Source of the DNA: a virus
Strand: one strand, 5' to 3'
IMG/VR virus record: IMGVR_UViG_3300045988_046223
Span: 1 to 40,142 of that record
Length of the DNA: 40,142 nt
Shown: positions 15,284 to 24,192 of the stretch, piece by piece
Numbering within the stretch: position 1 is the stretch's first letter
Layout: every line of letters begins with the position of its first letter
Translations under genes and position numbers: made by a program
The notes under the pieces: generated by a model
What the model was told of the DNA's origin: nothing
The model's database searches: none
Seen by the model: only the letters and a program-made list of their open reading frames with translations

Positions 15284-15309
15284 GCCTACACAAATTGTGT
15301 GGGCTTTTT
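15284..15309 (+). terminator. Intrinsic terminator just upstream of terS
   Basis: GCCTACACA aat TGTGTGGGC (9 bp, one G-U) followed by TTTTT. Confidence 0.7.
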
Positions 15310-15332
15310 GTGTTGTAAGGCGAGGTGATAAA

Positions 15333-15758
15333 GTGGCATCAAGAAAAAATCCGGTGGGCGCACCACCTAAATACAGAAGCGTAAAGGCAATGCAAGAAAA
15401 GATTGATGCCTACTTTGAAGCCTGCAAAGGACAGCCGTTCGTAGACGATAACGGCGAACCGATGAGAAATAAAAACGGCTATATCATCTATGACGATAAA
15501 AAGCCACCTACTGTGACAGGATTGGCGCTTGCACTTGGTTTTGCATCAAGGCAGGCTCTTTTGAATTACCAAAATAAACCAGAGTTCAATGACACGATTA
15601 CGCGTGCAAAGACCCGTTGTGAACAGTATGCCGAAGAAAGACTGTATGACAAAGACGGCTCAGGCGGCGCACAGTTCAGCTTGCGGGCAAATTTCGGATG
15701 GCAGGATAAGCCGGAACAACAGCAGGATAGCGAGGTGCTAATCATAGATGACTTGTAA
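15333..15758 (+). CDS. terS: Terminase small subunit
   Basis: GTG 15333 follows a GAGGTGA SD. It has an HTH-like segment (PPTVTGLALALGFASRQALLNYQ) and lies directly upstream of terL. Confidence 0.8.
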   Translation: MASRKNPVGAPPKYRSVKAMQEKIDAYFEACKGQPFVDDNGEPMRNKNGYIIYDDKKPPTVTGLALALGFASRQALLNYQNKPEFNDTITRAKTRCEQYAEERLYDKDGSGGAQFSLRANFGWQDKPEQQQDSEVLIIDDL

Positions 15759-17019
15759 GCTATCTGGCGTTGTTTCCCCTTGCTTCGCAAAAGTCCACCG
15801 TGAAATCAAGGAAGATAATGTAAAAGAGCTTGTCGCAAAGGGCGGGCGCGGCAGTACAAAATCCAGCTATATTAGCATAGAGCTAATTTTGCAGCTGCTA
15901 AAGCATCCGCAATGCCACGCGGCGGTTTTCCGCAAGGTCGGAAACACGCTGCGCACAAGCGTGTATGCGCAAATCGTCTGGGCAATCAATGAGCTTGGAT
16001 TGCACGACCATTTTCGCTGCACGGTCTCCCCGATGGAATGCACCTATTTGCCGACTGGGCAAAAGGTGCTTTTTTTCGGTGTTGATGACCCAGGAAAAGT
16101 AAAGTCAATCAAAGTGCCGTTTGGTTATATCGGCATTTGCTGGTTTGAAGAGCTTGACCAGTTTGACGGTGAAGAGCAAATCCGAAACGTGGAGCAGTCC
16201 TGCCTGCGCGGCGGTGATTGGTTCATTACGTTCAAGAGCTTCAACCCGCCAGCAATGGCACGGAACTGGGCAAACGGGTACGCACTGAAAGCCCGCGATT
16301 GGAAGCTAATACATCATAGCACCTACAAAACAACGCCCGCAGAATGGCTCGGAGAGCGGTTCCTGGCCGATGCTGAATATTTGCAGCGCACAAACGAAAC
16401 GGCATACCGACACGAGTATTTAGGCGAGGTTGTCGGAAGCGGCACGGCGGTATTTGAGAATCTACGCATTGAGAAAATCACCGATGAACAGATTGCAGGT
16501 TTTGACCGCATCAAGCGCGGCGTGGACTGGGGCTGGTACCCTGACCCGTGGGCATACAATGCGATGCACTATGATGCGGCGCGGCGCACGCTGTACATCT
16601 TCGATGAACTGACACGGCGTAGAACCAGCAACAGAGACACGGCGCAGTTGCTTTTGGATAAAGGGCTGACGCGTAATGATAAAGTCTGCGCGGATAGCGC
16701 CGAGCCAAAATCCATTGCCGACTATAACAAGTACGGCGTAAAAACATTCCCTGCCCGCAAAGGACCGAAATCGGTTCGATACGGCACAAAGTGGCTGCAA
16801 ATGCTGGAAGCTATTGTCATTGACCCGGAACGTTGCCCGGACACTGCAAAGGAATTCAGCGAGTACGAGTACGAGCGAGACGCGAAAACGGGGGAAGTGC
16901 TGGAAGGCTACCCGGATTTGAACAACCATCACATTGACGCGGTGCGGTATGCGATGGAAAGCACAGCAAATAAAGCCGGAGACAATACGGCAATGAAGTA
17001 TCAAAGCATTTACAGATAG
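15748..17019 (+). CDS. terL: Terminase large subunit (PBSX/Terminase_3-like)
   Basis: 423 aa with a Walker-A-like AKGGRGSTKSS and a nuclease-half acidic motif near the C-terminus. Confidence 0.92.
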   Translation: MTCKLSGVVSPCFAKVHREIKEDNVKELVAKGGRGSTKSSYISIELILQLLKHPQCHAAVFRKVGNTLRTSVYAQIVWAINELGLHDHFRCTVSPMECTYLPTGQKVLFFGVDDPGKVKSIKVPFGYIGICWFEELDQFDGEEQIRNVEQSCLRGGDWFITFKSFNPPAMARNWANGYALKARDWKLIHHSTYKTTPAEWLGERFLADAEYLQRTNETAYRHEYLGEVVGSGTAVFENLRIEKITDEQIAGFDRIKRGVDWGWYPDPWAYNAMHYDAARRTLYIFDELTRRRTSNRDTAQLLLDKGLTRNDKVCADSAEPKSIADYNKYGVKTFPARKGPKSVRYGTKWLQMLEAIVIDPERCPDTAKEFSEYEYERDAKTGEVLEGYPDLNNHHIDAVRYAMESTANKAGDNTAMKYQSIYR

Positions 17020-17053
17020 GCGGTGAGGGAAAATCAGAACATATCAAGACTTT

Positions 17054-18433
17054 GTGGCGGTCGGTGAAGATGAACGTTCCCGCATGGGGTTTGTGTTTGA
17101 CACCATAAACGATTTTAAAGGCCAGAAAAAGACGCGGGACATGCTGGACGCAAAGCTTTACTATTGGGGCGAAAATCCCACAATCAACCGCTATGAAAAA
17201 ATGGTGTACGACCTAGAGGGAAAAGCGCATCCAGATATGTACACAGCAAACCACAAGATTGCCAGCAAGTTTTTTGGATTTGTTGTAGACCAGGAAGTTT
17301 CTTACCTGCTGGGCAACGGCGTTGCGTTTAACAAGGACGCCACAAAAAAAGCGCTTGGCGCCACGTTTGATGAAGATATTATGGATGCTGCCCGCCATGC
17401 GTTGATTGGTGGGCAGTCTTTCGTATTCTGGAATCTTGACCATATTCAGGTGTTTGCGCCAGAGCAGTTTGTACCGCTATACGATGAAGAGGACGGCGCA
17501 CTGAAAGCCGGAATCCGGTTCTGGCAGATTGACCCGGACAAACCGCTGCGGGCAACGCTGTACGAGATGGACGGCTACACGGACTACATCAAGCCGCGAA
17601 ACGGTGAAGTGCGCAGTTTAAACGGGAAACTGCCGTACAAGCTGAAAGTGCGATACTCGGAGATTGACGGCACAGAAATTTATGACGGCGAAAATTATCC
17701 CGGATTCCCCATTATTCCGCTGAAAAACGGTGAACAGGCACGCAGCGAACTGTGCGGAAGGAAAAACACCGTTGACGCGCTCGACCTGGCCAGCAGCAAC
17801 ATGGTAAACAATGTGGATGAGGGCAACCTCATCTATTGGGTGCTGACGAACTGCGGCGGCATGGATGAAATTGACGATGCAAAGTTTGTGGAGCGACTTA
17901 AAACTACCCACGTTGCCCATGCTGACGGTGACGAGGGCGCAAAAGCCACGCCACAGAGCATTGAAGCACCGTTTCAGGGCACGCAGGCCACAATTGATAT
18001 GCTTACAAAAAAGCTGTACACGGATTTCCAGGCGTTTGACGCATCTGCCGTGAGTGCCGGAAACCAGACGGCAACGGCTATCAAGGCCAGTTATGTGCCA
18101 CTCGACCTGAAAACGGACAAGTTTGAAAGCTGCGTGACGCGCTGCATCAAGGGTATTTTGGCGGTTGCCGGGCTTGATGACGAGCCGACATATACGCGCA
18201 ACCAGATTATCAACAAGCAGGAAGAGTCGCAGACGGTCTTGCTCGGAGCGGAATATTACGACGACGAGTACATCACGCGCAAGCTATTGACCATTCTCGG
18301 AGACGCAGACCAGTACGAGGATTTGATGAAGCGAAAGGCGGCAGAGGAGTTAGACCGTACAATTACCAACAAGCCACCTAACGAGCCGCAGAACCAGCCG
18401 GGAGAAGGAATGAACGGCAATGGCGAAACCTGA
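17054..18433 (+). CDS. Portal protein (SPP1 Gp6-like)
   Basis: 459 aa immediately after terL. The start is uncertain (GTG 17054 or ATG 17084). Confidence 0.85.
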   Translation: MAVGEDERSRMGFVFDTINDFKGQKKTRDMLDAKLYYWGENPTINRYEKMVYDLEGKAHPDMYTANHKIASKFFGFVVDQEVSYLLGNGVAFNKDATKKALGATFDEDIMDAARHALIGGQSFVFWNLDHIQVFAPEQFVPLYDEEDGALKAGIRFWQIDPDKPLRATLYEMDGYTDYIKPRNGEVRSLNGKLPYKLKVRYSEIDGTEIYDGENYPGFPIIPLKNGEQARSELCGRKNTVDALDLASSNMVNNVDEGNLIYWVLTNCGGMDEIDDAKFVERLKTTHVAHADGDEGAKATPQSIEAPFQGTQATIDMLTKKLYTDFQAFDASAVSAGNQTATAIKASYVPLDLKTDKFESCVTRCIKGILAVAGLDDEPTYTRNQIINKQEESQTVLLGAEYYDDEYITRKLLTILGDADQYEDLMKRKAAEELDRTITNKPPNEPQNQPGEGMNGNGET

Positions 18434-20255
18434 TTATGCCCACAGAATGACCGACGCCGAGCTTGCACAGCTTGAACGTCGCATTTCTGCTATATACCAA
18501 CAGGCAGCAGACGAACTGTCAGACACGGTAAACGCTTACTTTGAGCAGTTCGAAAAGCGAGACGCCGCCATGAAAGACAAACTGGATGCAGGCGAAATTA
18601 CCGAGCATCAATACAAGCAATGGCGGATTGCGCAGATGGGCCGAGGCAAGCGCTATGAGGCGTTGCGTGATAAGGTGGCAAATAGATACACCAACGCCAA
18701 CGAAACGGCTGTAGCATACGTCAATGACGCCACGCCGGGCATTTACACGCTTAATCGCAACTATGCCGCATACAAGATTGAGCAGGTTTCAGACAGCGCA
18801 GACTTTACGCTGTGGGACGAACAGACGGTCAGACGGTTGGTCGTTGAACAGCCTGACCTTATGCCGTATTATCCACCGCAGCGTGCATTGCAGCGCGGCA
18901 TTGATTTGAAGTACGGAAAGCAGCAGATTACCGCCAGCGTGACAAGCTTCATCCTGCAAGGCAAAAGCATACCGAAAATCGCCAACGACTTACAAAGTCG
19001 TATGCAGGATATGAACCGCACGAGCGCCATTAGAACGGCGCGAACGGCCATTACAGCAGCGCAGAACGCAGGGCGGCTAGATACTTACCGCGCAGCGCAG
19101 GACATGGGCATAAAGCTGAAAAAGCAATGGCTGGCAACGCTGGACAACCGCACACGCCATACGCATGCAATGCTTGACGGGCAGACAGTAGACGTTGACA
19201 AGCCGTTTAAGGTGGACGGTTACGAGCTTATGTATCCGGGAGACAGTTCCGCACCGGGGTATCTTGTGTATAACTGCCGATGCACCCAAATTGCAGAGGT
19301 TGACGGTGAGGACACAAGCAGCGGCGGAAGACGCGCCAGAGACCCCGAAACGGGAAAATCTGTGCTTGTGAAAGATATGACCTATGCAGAGTGGGCGGGG
19401 TGGAAAAAAGAAGAAGAAAAAGCGCAGGAAAACATTGATCTACGAGGCAGAAAATCCATATGGAGTGCATGGGACGACTACAGAAAACGCTTTGTCGGTC
19501 ACGGTGTGGAGGTTAAAGCACAAGACATTGAAAATAATGCACTGCTTGATACCGTCAAAATTTCCAAACTTGACAAAAATGTTTCTGCTAGCATTGTAGA
19601 CGCAATAGACGACCTTGGAAACCGATATTATTCTCCGCTTACAAAGCTTACCGTAATGGACAAAACCGACAGTTTGCTTTCACACGCCTTTGCCGTTGTA
19701 AACCATCAATGGGGGCTTGGAAGCGCTGAAATGAGAATAAACCCGCTGAAAGTAACAGATTCTGGTCGGAAACATATTTTTGACCTTTCGCAAAAAGGGT
19801 ATTGTGTTAAATTTGCGTCGGGAGATGAAATAAAATATGTTATTACGCACGAATATGGACACAGCTTGTTAAATATCGGAGAAAAACTACCCGGAAAAGC
19901 GCAAAATTTTGCACTTGTTGATTTTACGGCAGTTAAAAAGGCGAGAAAAGAAATCGAACCGATTTGGGACGAATACTGTAACACAGTGCAAGCAGCAAAA
20001 GACAACTATGACAAAATCCGCAAACCGATTGAAGCCAAAATGATTTTTGGAACAGGTGAAGTGACGGACGCAGACAGAGAAGCAATTGCGACAGCAAAAA
20101 AGAAATACGACAGCATTAAAATCAGCGATTACTCTCTGACAAATGCGGATGAATTTGTTGCAGAATGCTTTGCCGATGCGGAAGTTGGCACAAATCCGAG
20201 CGAATATTCTTTTGCGGTTTCCAATATAATAAAAAAATATTTCGGGAAGGCGTAA
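18420..20255 (+). CDS. MuF/SPP1-gp7-like head morphogenesis protein fused to a C-terminal HExxH zincin-like domain
   Basis: The N-terminal half carries NRTRHTHAMLDGQ...YNCRCT (the Mu F signature). The C-terminal ~270 aa carry HEYGH (19848-19862) and ADEFVAECFA. Confidence 0.88.
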   Translation: MAKPDYAHRMTDAELAQLERRISAIYQQAADELSDTVNAYFEQFEKRDAAMKDKLDAGEITEHQYKQWRIAQMGRGKRYEALRDKVANRYTNANETAVAYVNDATPGIYTLNRNYAAYKIEQVSDSADFTLWDEQTVRRLVVEQPDLMPYYPPQRALQRGIDLKYGKQQITASVTSFILQGKSIPKIANDLQSRMQDMNRTSAIRTARTAITAAQNAGRLDTYRAAQDMGIKLKKQWLATLDNRTRHTHAMLDGQTVDVDKPFKVDGYELMYPGDSSAPGYLVYNCRCTQIAEVDGEDTSSGGRRARDPETGKSVLVKDMTYAEWAGWKKEEEKAQENIDLRGRKSIWSAWDDYRKRFVGHGVEVKAQDIENNALLDTVKISKLDKNVSASIVDAIDDLGNRYYSPLTKLTVMDKTDSLLSHAFAVVNHQWGLGSAEMRINPLKVTDSGRKHIFDLSQKGYCVKFASGDEIKYVITHEYGHSLLNIGEKLPGKAQNFALVDFTAVKKARKEIEPIWDEYCNTVQAAKDNYDKIRKPIEAKMIFGTGEVTDADREAIATAKKKYDSIKISDYSLTNADEFVAECFADAEVGTNPSEYSFAVSNIIKKYFGKA

Positions 20256-20256
20256 T

Positions 20257-20403
20257 ATGTTCCAAGATATGCCCTATTTTATGGAAAATGAAGAATGGTT
20301 CAGGTTTGACGCATCTGTCAAAAAGTATGTACTGACAAGTGACGCGCCACCAAAAGCAAAGGAATCCTATGAGTCGTTTTACAAAGCACTTGAAGAGGAT
20401 TGA
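20257..20403 (+). CDS. 48-aa protein immediately downstream of the MuF fusion
   Basis: The ATG lies 1 nt after the MuF stop. Sequence: MFQDMPYFMENEEWFRFD... It is below the ORF-track length cut-off. Confidence 0.5.
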   Translation: MFQDMPYFMENEEWFRFDASVKKYVLTSDAPPKAKESYESFYKALEED

Positions 20404-20409
20404 CGCGCA

Positions 20410-20820
20410 ATGAAAATCACACTTGAAGACCACAGCGATGAGGTATTGGAAGCGCTGGAATCCGCTTGCCAGCGGGCGCTGGAAAAATGCGGACTTGTGG
20501 CAGAGGGGTACGCTAAAAAACTATGCAATAGCCCCGGTAAATTCGGAACGGGCGCACTACGAAACAGCATTACACATATGGTAAACGACGGCGAAAAAGC
20601 CGCATATGTCGGCACAAATAGCGAATACGGCGTATACGTTGAGTGCGGCACTGGCATTTACTATCCGGGCGGCAGACAAACGCCGTGGGTGTACCAAGAT
20701 GCAAAAGGCGATTGGCATCTGACCCACGGCCAACGGGCAAAGCCTTTTATCAAGCCTGCCGTTGCCGAGCACGGCGAACAGTACAAAAGAATCATCGAAG
20801 CAGAGCTGAAAGGCAAATAA
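20410..20820 (+). CDS. HK97 gp10-like head-tail/tail-completion family protein
   Basis: 136 aa. The region GALRNSITHMV...AYVGTNSEYGVYVECGTG is typical of gp10. Confidence 0.75.
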   Translation: MKITLEDHSDEVLEALESACQRALEKCGLVAEGYAKKLCNSPGKFGTGALRNSITHMVNDGEKAAYVGTNSEYGVYVECGTGIYYPGGRQTPWVYQDAKGDWHLTHGQRAKPFIKPAVAEHGEQYKRIIEAELKGK

Positions 20821-20853
20821 GCCTCTCGGCTCTTTTTATTGGGAGGAAAACAC

Positions 20854-21237
20854 ATGAAAAAGATTATTTATATCGCAATCGCAGTTATGGCCTCAGTTTT
20901 GCTTTTATGTGGCTGTTCAGAAGCCTATAAAGCAAACGCAAATATTTCTAAACAGGCCGATTACTTTGAGAGTGAACGAAAAATCACCGTATATAACGCC
21001 AGAACAGACAAGGTCATTATGGAAGCTGAGGGGTATATGTCTATCTCCAACAATTCTAGCAACGAGCTTGTCTGCACTGTAAAGGTTGGCCCTGATACTT
21101 ACAGGAAAAATTACATCTACCTAAACAGTTACACGATGTATGTTGTCGAGGACATTACAGGAACACACACAGACCCGTACCATTACAAGCTGTATTTCCA
21201 CACAAATGTTCTGCCAAGCGTTGAAGTGAAACCGTAA
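20854..21237 (+). CDS. Lipoprotein (AT-rich insert in the head module)
   Basis: GGGAGGA SD. Signal peptide plus lipobox-like MKKIIYIAIAVMASVLLLCGC. A sampled 60-nt line has 37% G+C. Confidence 0.8.
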   Translation: MKKIIYIAIAVMASVLLLCGCSEAYKANANISKQADYFESERKITVYNARTDKVIMEAEGYMSISNNSSNELVCTVKVGPDTYRKNYIYLNSYTMYVVEDITGTHTDPYHYKLYFHTNVLPSVEVKP

Positions 21238-21252
21238 AAGACAAGGTTACCT

Positions 21253-21290
21253 AGCAACTACCGAGGCGTTCTCGGCGGTTGCTATTTTTA
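21253..21290 (+). terminator. Strong intrinsic terminator after the lipoprotein gene
   Basis: 13-position stem 21253-65 / 21271-83 (one mismatch, one G-U) followed by ATTTTTA. A weaker hairpin lies at 21300-21317. Confidence 0.7.
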
Positions 21291-21377
21291 TACGCAAAAA
21301 CAGCGAAGCACTGCTGTTTTGAATAAATAAAACTCAAATGGCGAAGAACCGCCACCGAAGAAAAGGAGAGAATCCTC

Positions 21378-22013
21378 ATGGCAAAATTTACACGCGCTGA
21401 AATCCGTAAAATTATTGGCGAAAGCTGCACTGACGAAATTGAAAATCAGCTTGTTGCACTCCATCTTGGAGTAGTTGACCCGCTGAAGGACGACGTCACG
21501 CGGTATAAAGCCGATGCAGAAAAGCTGCCGGGCGTTCAGAAGGAGTTGGACGACCTGAAAGCGCAGGGCGACGGCGGCTACAAGGCTAAGTATGAAGCAG
21601 AGCACAAGGCTTTTGTGGACTACAAGGCCAACGTAGACGCTGAAAAAACAACGGCTGCCAAAGAAAAGGCGCTGGAGACCGCCCTGAAAAAAATCGGTAT
21701 TGCCGATAAACGGATTGCCACTGTTGCCAAGATGGCAAGGGCAGATGGACTGCTGGACGCTTTGGAGCTGGACGAGAACGGCGCAGCAAAAGATGCAGCA
21801 AAGTTTGAAACCAGTTTGAAAGACGGTTACGGCGAATTTGTTGTAACTACCAGCACTCAGGGCGCGAACACACCGAACCCACCTGCCGGAAACGGCGGCA
21901 GTGGTTCCATCACGGCAGAAGCCTTTAAAAAGATGGGCTATGCCGACCGACTGAAACTCAAGAAAGAAAGCCCGGAACAGTATGCCGAGCTTGCAAACAA
22001 CAAAGGAGATTAA
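21378..22013 (+). CDS. Scaffolding protein
   Basis: 211 aa, K/E/A-rich coiled coil, directly upstream of the major capsid gene. Confidence 0.8.
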   Translation: MAKFTRAEIRKIIGESCTDEIENQLVALHLGVVDPLKDDVTRYKADAEKLPGVQKELDDLKAQGDGGYKAKYEAEHKAFVDYKANVDAEKTTAAKEKALETALKKIGIADKRIATVAKMARADGLLDALELDENGAAKDAAKFETSLKDGYGEFVVTTSTQGANTPNPPAGNGGSGSITAEAFKKMGYADRLKLKKESPEQYAELANNKGD

Positions 22014-22016
22014 CAC

Positions 22017-23015
22017 ATGGCAGATACTATTTTGACCAAACTCGCAGACCTGATTGACCCGGAAGTCATGGCCGATATGATTTCGGCTAAAATCCCTGAC
22101 AAAATCCGCGTGGCACCTTTTGCAAAGGTGGATGACACCCTTGCTGGTGTTCCCGGCGATACCATCACTGTGCCGTCTTACGGTTACATTGGCGACGCAG
22201 AGGACGTTGCAGAGGGCGTTGACGTTGACATCAACAAAATGAGCACCAAGGACAAGAAGTACAAGATCAAGAAGGCCATGAAGGGCGTCGGCCTGACCGA
22301 TGAAGCTGTTCTGTCCGGCTACGGCAACCCCGTGGGCGAGGCCAATGCGCAGCTGGCGCTGTCTATCGCTGCCAAAATCGACAATGACTGCATGGAAGCC
22401 TTGCAGGGCGCTACGCTGGTGTATGACGGCACTGCTGCCGCTATCAAGTACAGCGGCGTTGTGGACGCTATCGACGTGTTCAACGAGGAGATCAACAGCG
22501 ACAAGGTCATGTTCATCAACCCCAAGCAGATGGCGACCCTGCGCAAGGATGCTGACTTTATCAGCGCTGACAAGTATCAGGCTGGCGTTGCTGTCACCGG
22601 CGAAATCGGCAAGATTGCCAACACCCGCGTTGTGGCATCTCGCAAGGTTCCTTCTATCGAGTACGAGAAGGACAACAGCACCGGCACTATTGAGATTGTC
22701 GATGATGCTACCACCGAGACTGCCGCCAAGAAGCATCTTTCCACGATTCAGCCCCATTGCGCTGCTGCGCTGGTTGTCGGTGACAAGGTCAAGGCTGCTG
22801 CTACCGCCTACTACGCATGCCCCATCGTCAAGCTGAACGAGGACAGCGAGACTGAGGACGATGTTCCCGCCCTGACCATTTACCGCAAGCGCAGCATCAA
22901 CGTGGAGACCGAGCGCAAACCGCGTAACCGTTCCACCGAGATCACCGCTGACGAGTTTTACGTTGCGGCTCTGACCAACGAAGCCAAAGTCGTGCTGGCA
23001 AAGTTCAAAAAGTAA
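22017..23015 (+). CDS. Major capsid protein
   Basis: 332 aa. Called from its position after the scaffold gene and its size and composition. Confidence 0.85.
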   Translation: MADTILTKLADLIDPEVMADMISAKIPDKIRVAPFAKVDDTLAGVPGDTITVPSYGYIGDAEDVAEGVDVDINKMSTKDKKYKIKKAMKGVGLTDEAVLSGYGNPVGEANAQLALSIAAKIDNDCMEALQGATLVYDGTAAAIKYSGVVDAIDVFNEEINSDKVMFINPKQMATLRKDADFISADKYQAGVAVTGEIGKIANTRVVASRKVPSIEYEKDNSTGTIEIVDDATTETAAKKHLSTIQPHCAAALVVGDKVKAAATAYYACPIVKLNEDSETEDDVPALTIYRKRSINVETERKPRNRSTEITADEFYVAALTNEAKVVLAKFKK

Positions 23016-23030
23016 TAAGGGGGCAGCGTA

Positions 23031-23456
23031 ATGCTTGAAGAATTGATGCGAGAGTGCCGGAACTGGTTTAAGGTCCCGGATGGCGCGTACAGCGGCACAT
23101 TTACCATCAAGGACGGCAGCATTACGCTGCCTTTTTTAGTTGATGGGCAATATTTCCGCATTATAGGGAGCGTGTTCAACGATGGCGTGTACCAGTACGG
23201 TGCTGGCAGCTTGACCGATGAAACGTTTGACGGGACTGTGTGGGCGCTGGCTGTGCCTGCTGCCTTTATTTCTCTGGTTGAGGATGTGGAAGCATGGCGC
23301 GACAAGTATGAGAACGCCGCAAACAGCCCATTTCAGAGCGAGAGCTTTGCAGGATATAGCTACACTAAATCGAGCGCAAATGGCAATTCTGGTGGCTCTG
23401 TGACGGGCTGGCAGGGTGTGTTTGCGTCCAGGCTGAACAAATGGAGAAAGCTATGA
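23031..23456 (+). CDS. Head-tail connector/adaptor protein (by position)
   Basis: 141 aa, the first gene after the capsid gene. Confidence 0.6.
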   Translation: MLEELMRECRNWFKVPDGAYSGTFTIKDGSITLPFLVDGQYFRIIGSVFNDGVYQYGAGSLTDETFDGTVWALAVPAAFISLVEDVEAWRDKYENAANSPFQSESFAGYSYTKSSANGNSGGSVTGWQGVFASRLNKWRKL

Positions 23457-23818
23457 GCCTTTTAGATGATTTTTCGCACAGCTGCATCATTATGGACAAG
23501 CTGACAAAGCCTGACGGCGAGGGCGGCTATGCTACCGAGTGGCGCGATGGCGCAGAGTTTGCGAATTACGTTGCATTGGACAGCAGCCTTGAAGCACGGC
23601 AGGCCGAAGCGCAGGGTGTAACCAGCGTGTATACCGGAATTGTGCGGAAAGATGTGCCTATTGAGTACGGCAGCGTGTATAAGGACGCGACGACAGGGGC
23701 ATATTTCCGAGTTACCAGCCGCCCAAGTGAAAAACAGGCCCCGGCAAGCGCTTCCCCGATGCTGAACGGCCTAAAAAGTTTTACTGCTGAAAGGCTGCGG
23801 GAGGGATTGCCGACATGA
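23453..23818 (+). CDS. Head closure / head-tail joining protein (by position)
   Basis: 121 aa, ATGA overlap start. Confidence 0.6.
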   Translation: MSLLDDFSHSCIIMDKLTKPDGEGGYATEWRDGAEFANYVALDSSLEARQAEAQGVTSVYTGIVRKDVPIEYGSVYKDATTGAYFRVTSRPSEKQAPASASPMLNGLKSFTAERLREGLPT

Positions 23819-24183
23819 CAAAGGGCGCTGCATTACAGCAGTTTTTCGGGCAATTTATGACAGCATACGCCAGCAACGCCGTGCCGGATGACGCTGTACT
23901 CCCCTTCCTGACCTATGATGCCGTGTTTGACGCATGGGGCGGCAGTCCGGTGTCATTAACGGTTAATATGTGGTTCTATACCACGTCTGAGGCCGTACCA
24001 AATGCCAAAGTGCAGGAATTGTCTGAGGCATTGGGCATCGGTGGGAAAATGCTACCAATCGATGATGGTTATATCTGGCTTACAAGAGGTTCGCCATTTT
24101 GCCAATCATTGGCAGATGATACGGACAGAAATATCAAACGGAGGTACATTAACGTAACCGCCGATTTTTTATGCAAAAACTGA
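23815..24183 (+). CDS. Tail completion/terminator-like protein (by position)
   Basis: 122 aa, ATGA overlap, upstream of the major tail gene. Confidence 0.6.
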   Translation: MTKGAALQQFFGQFMTAYASNAVPDDAVLPFLTYDAVFDAWGGSPVSLTVNMWFYTTSEAVPNAKVQELSEALGIGGKMLPIDDGYIWLTRGSPFCQSLADDTDRNIKRRYINVTADFLCKN

Positions 24184-24192
24184 GGTGAAAAT

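Larger units (their letters stand above)
14495..15309 (+). ncRNA. Candidate large structured non-coding RNA (class undetermined; ROOL/GOLLD-like context)
   Basis: No ORF longer than 73 codons in any frame. Many hand-paired GC-rich nested helices. A tRNA-like module is embedded and the region ends in an intrinsic terminator. Confidence 0.5.

Noticed and set aside
21288-22757. 489-aa ORF on the minus strand, the longest ORF in that region.
   Set aside because: It lies antisense to the scaffold and major capsid genes, which are clearly recognisable and well supported by SDs. Its translation is low-complexity (L/V/G/A/R-rich) with no SD. This is a typical antisense open frame.
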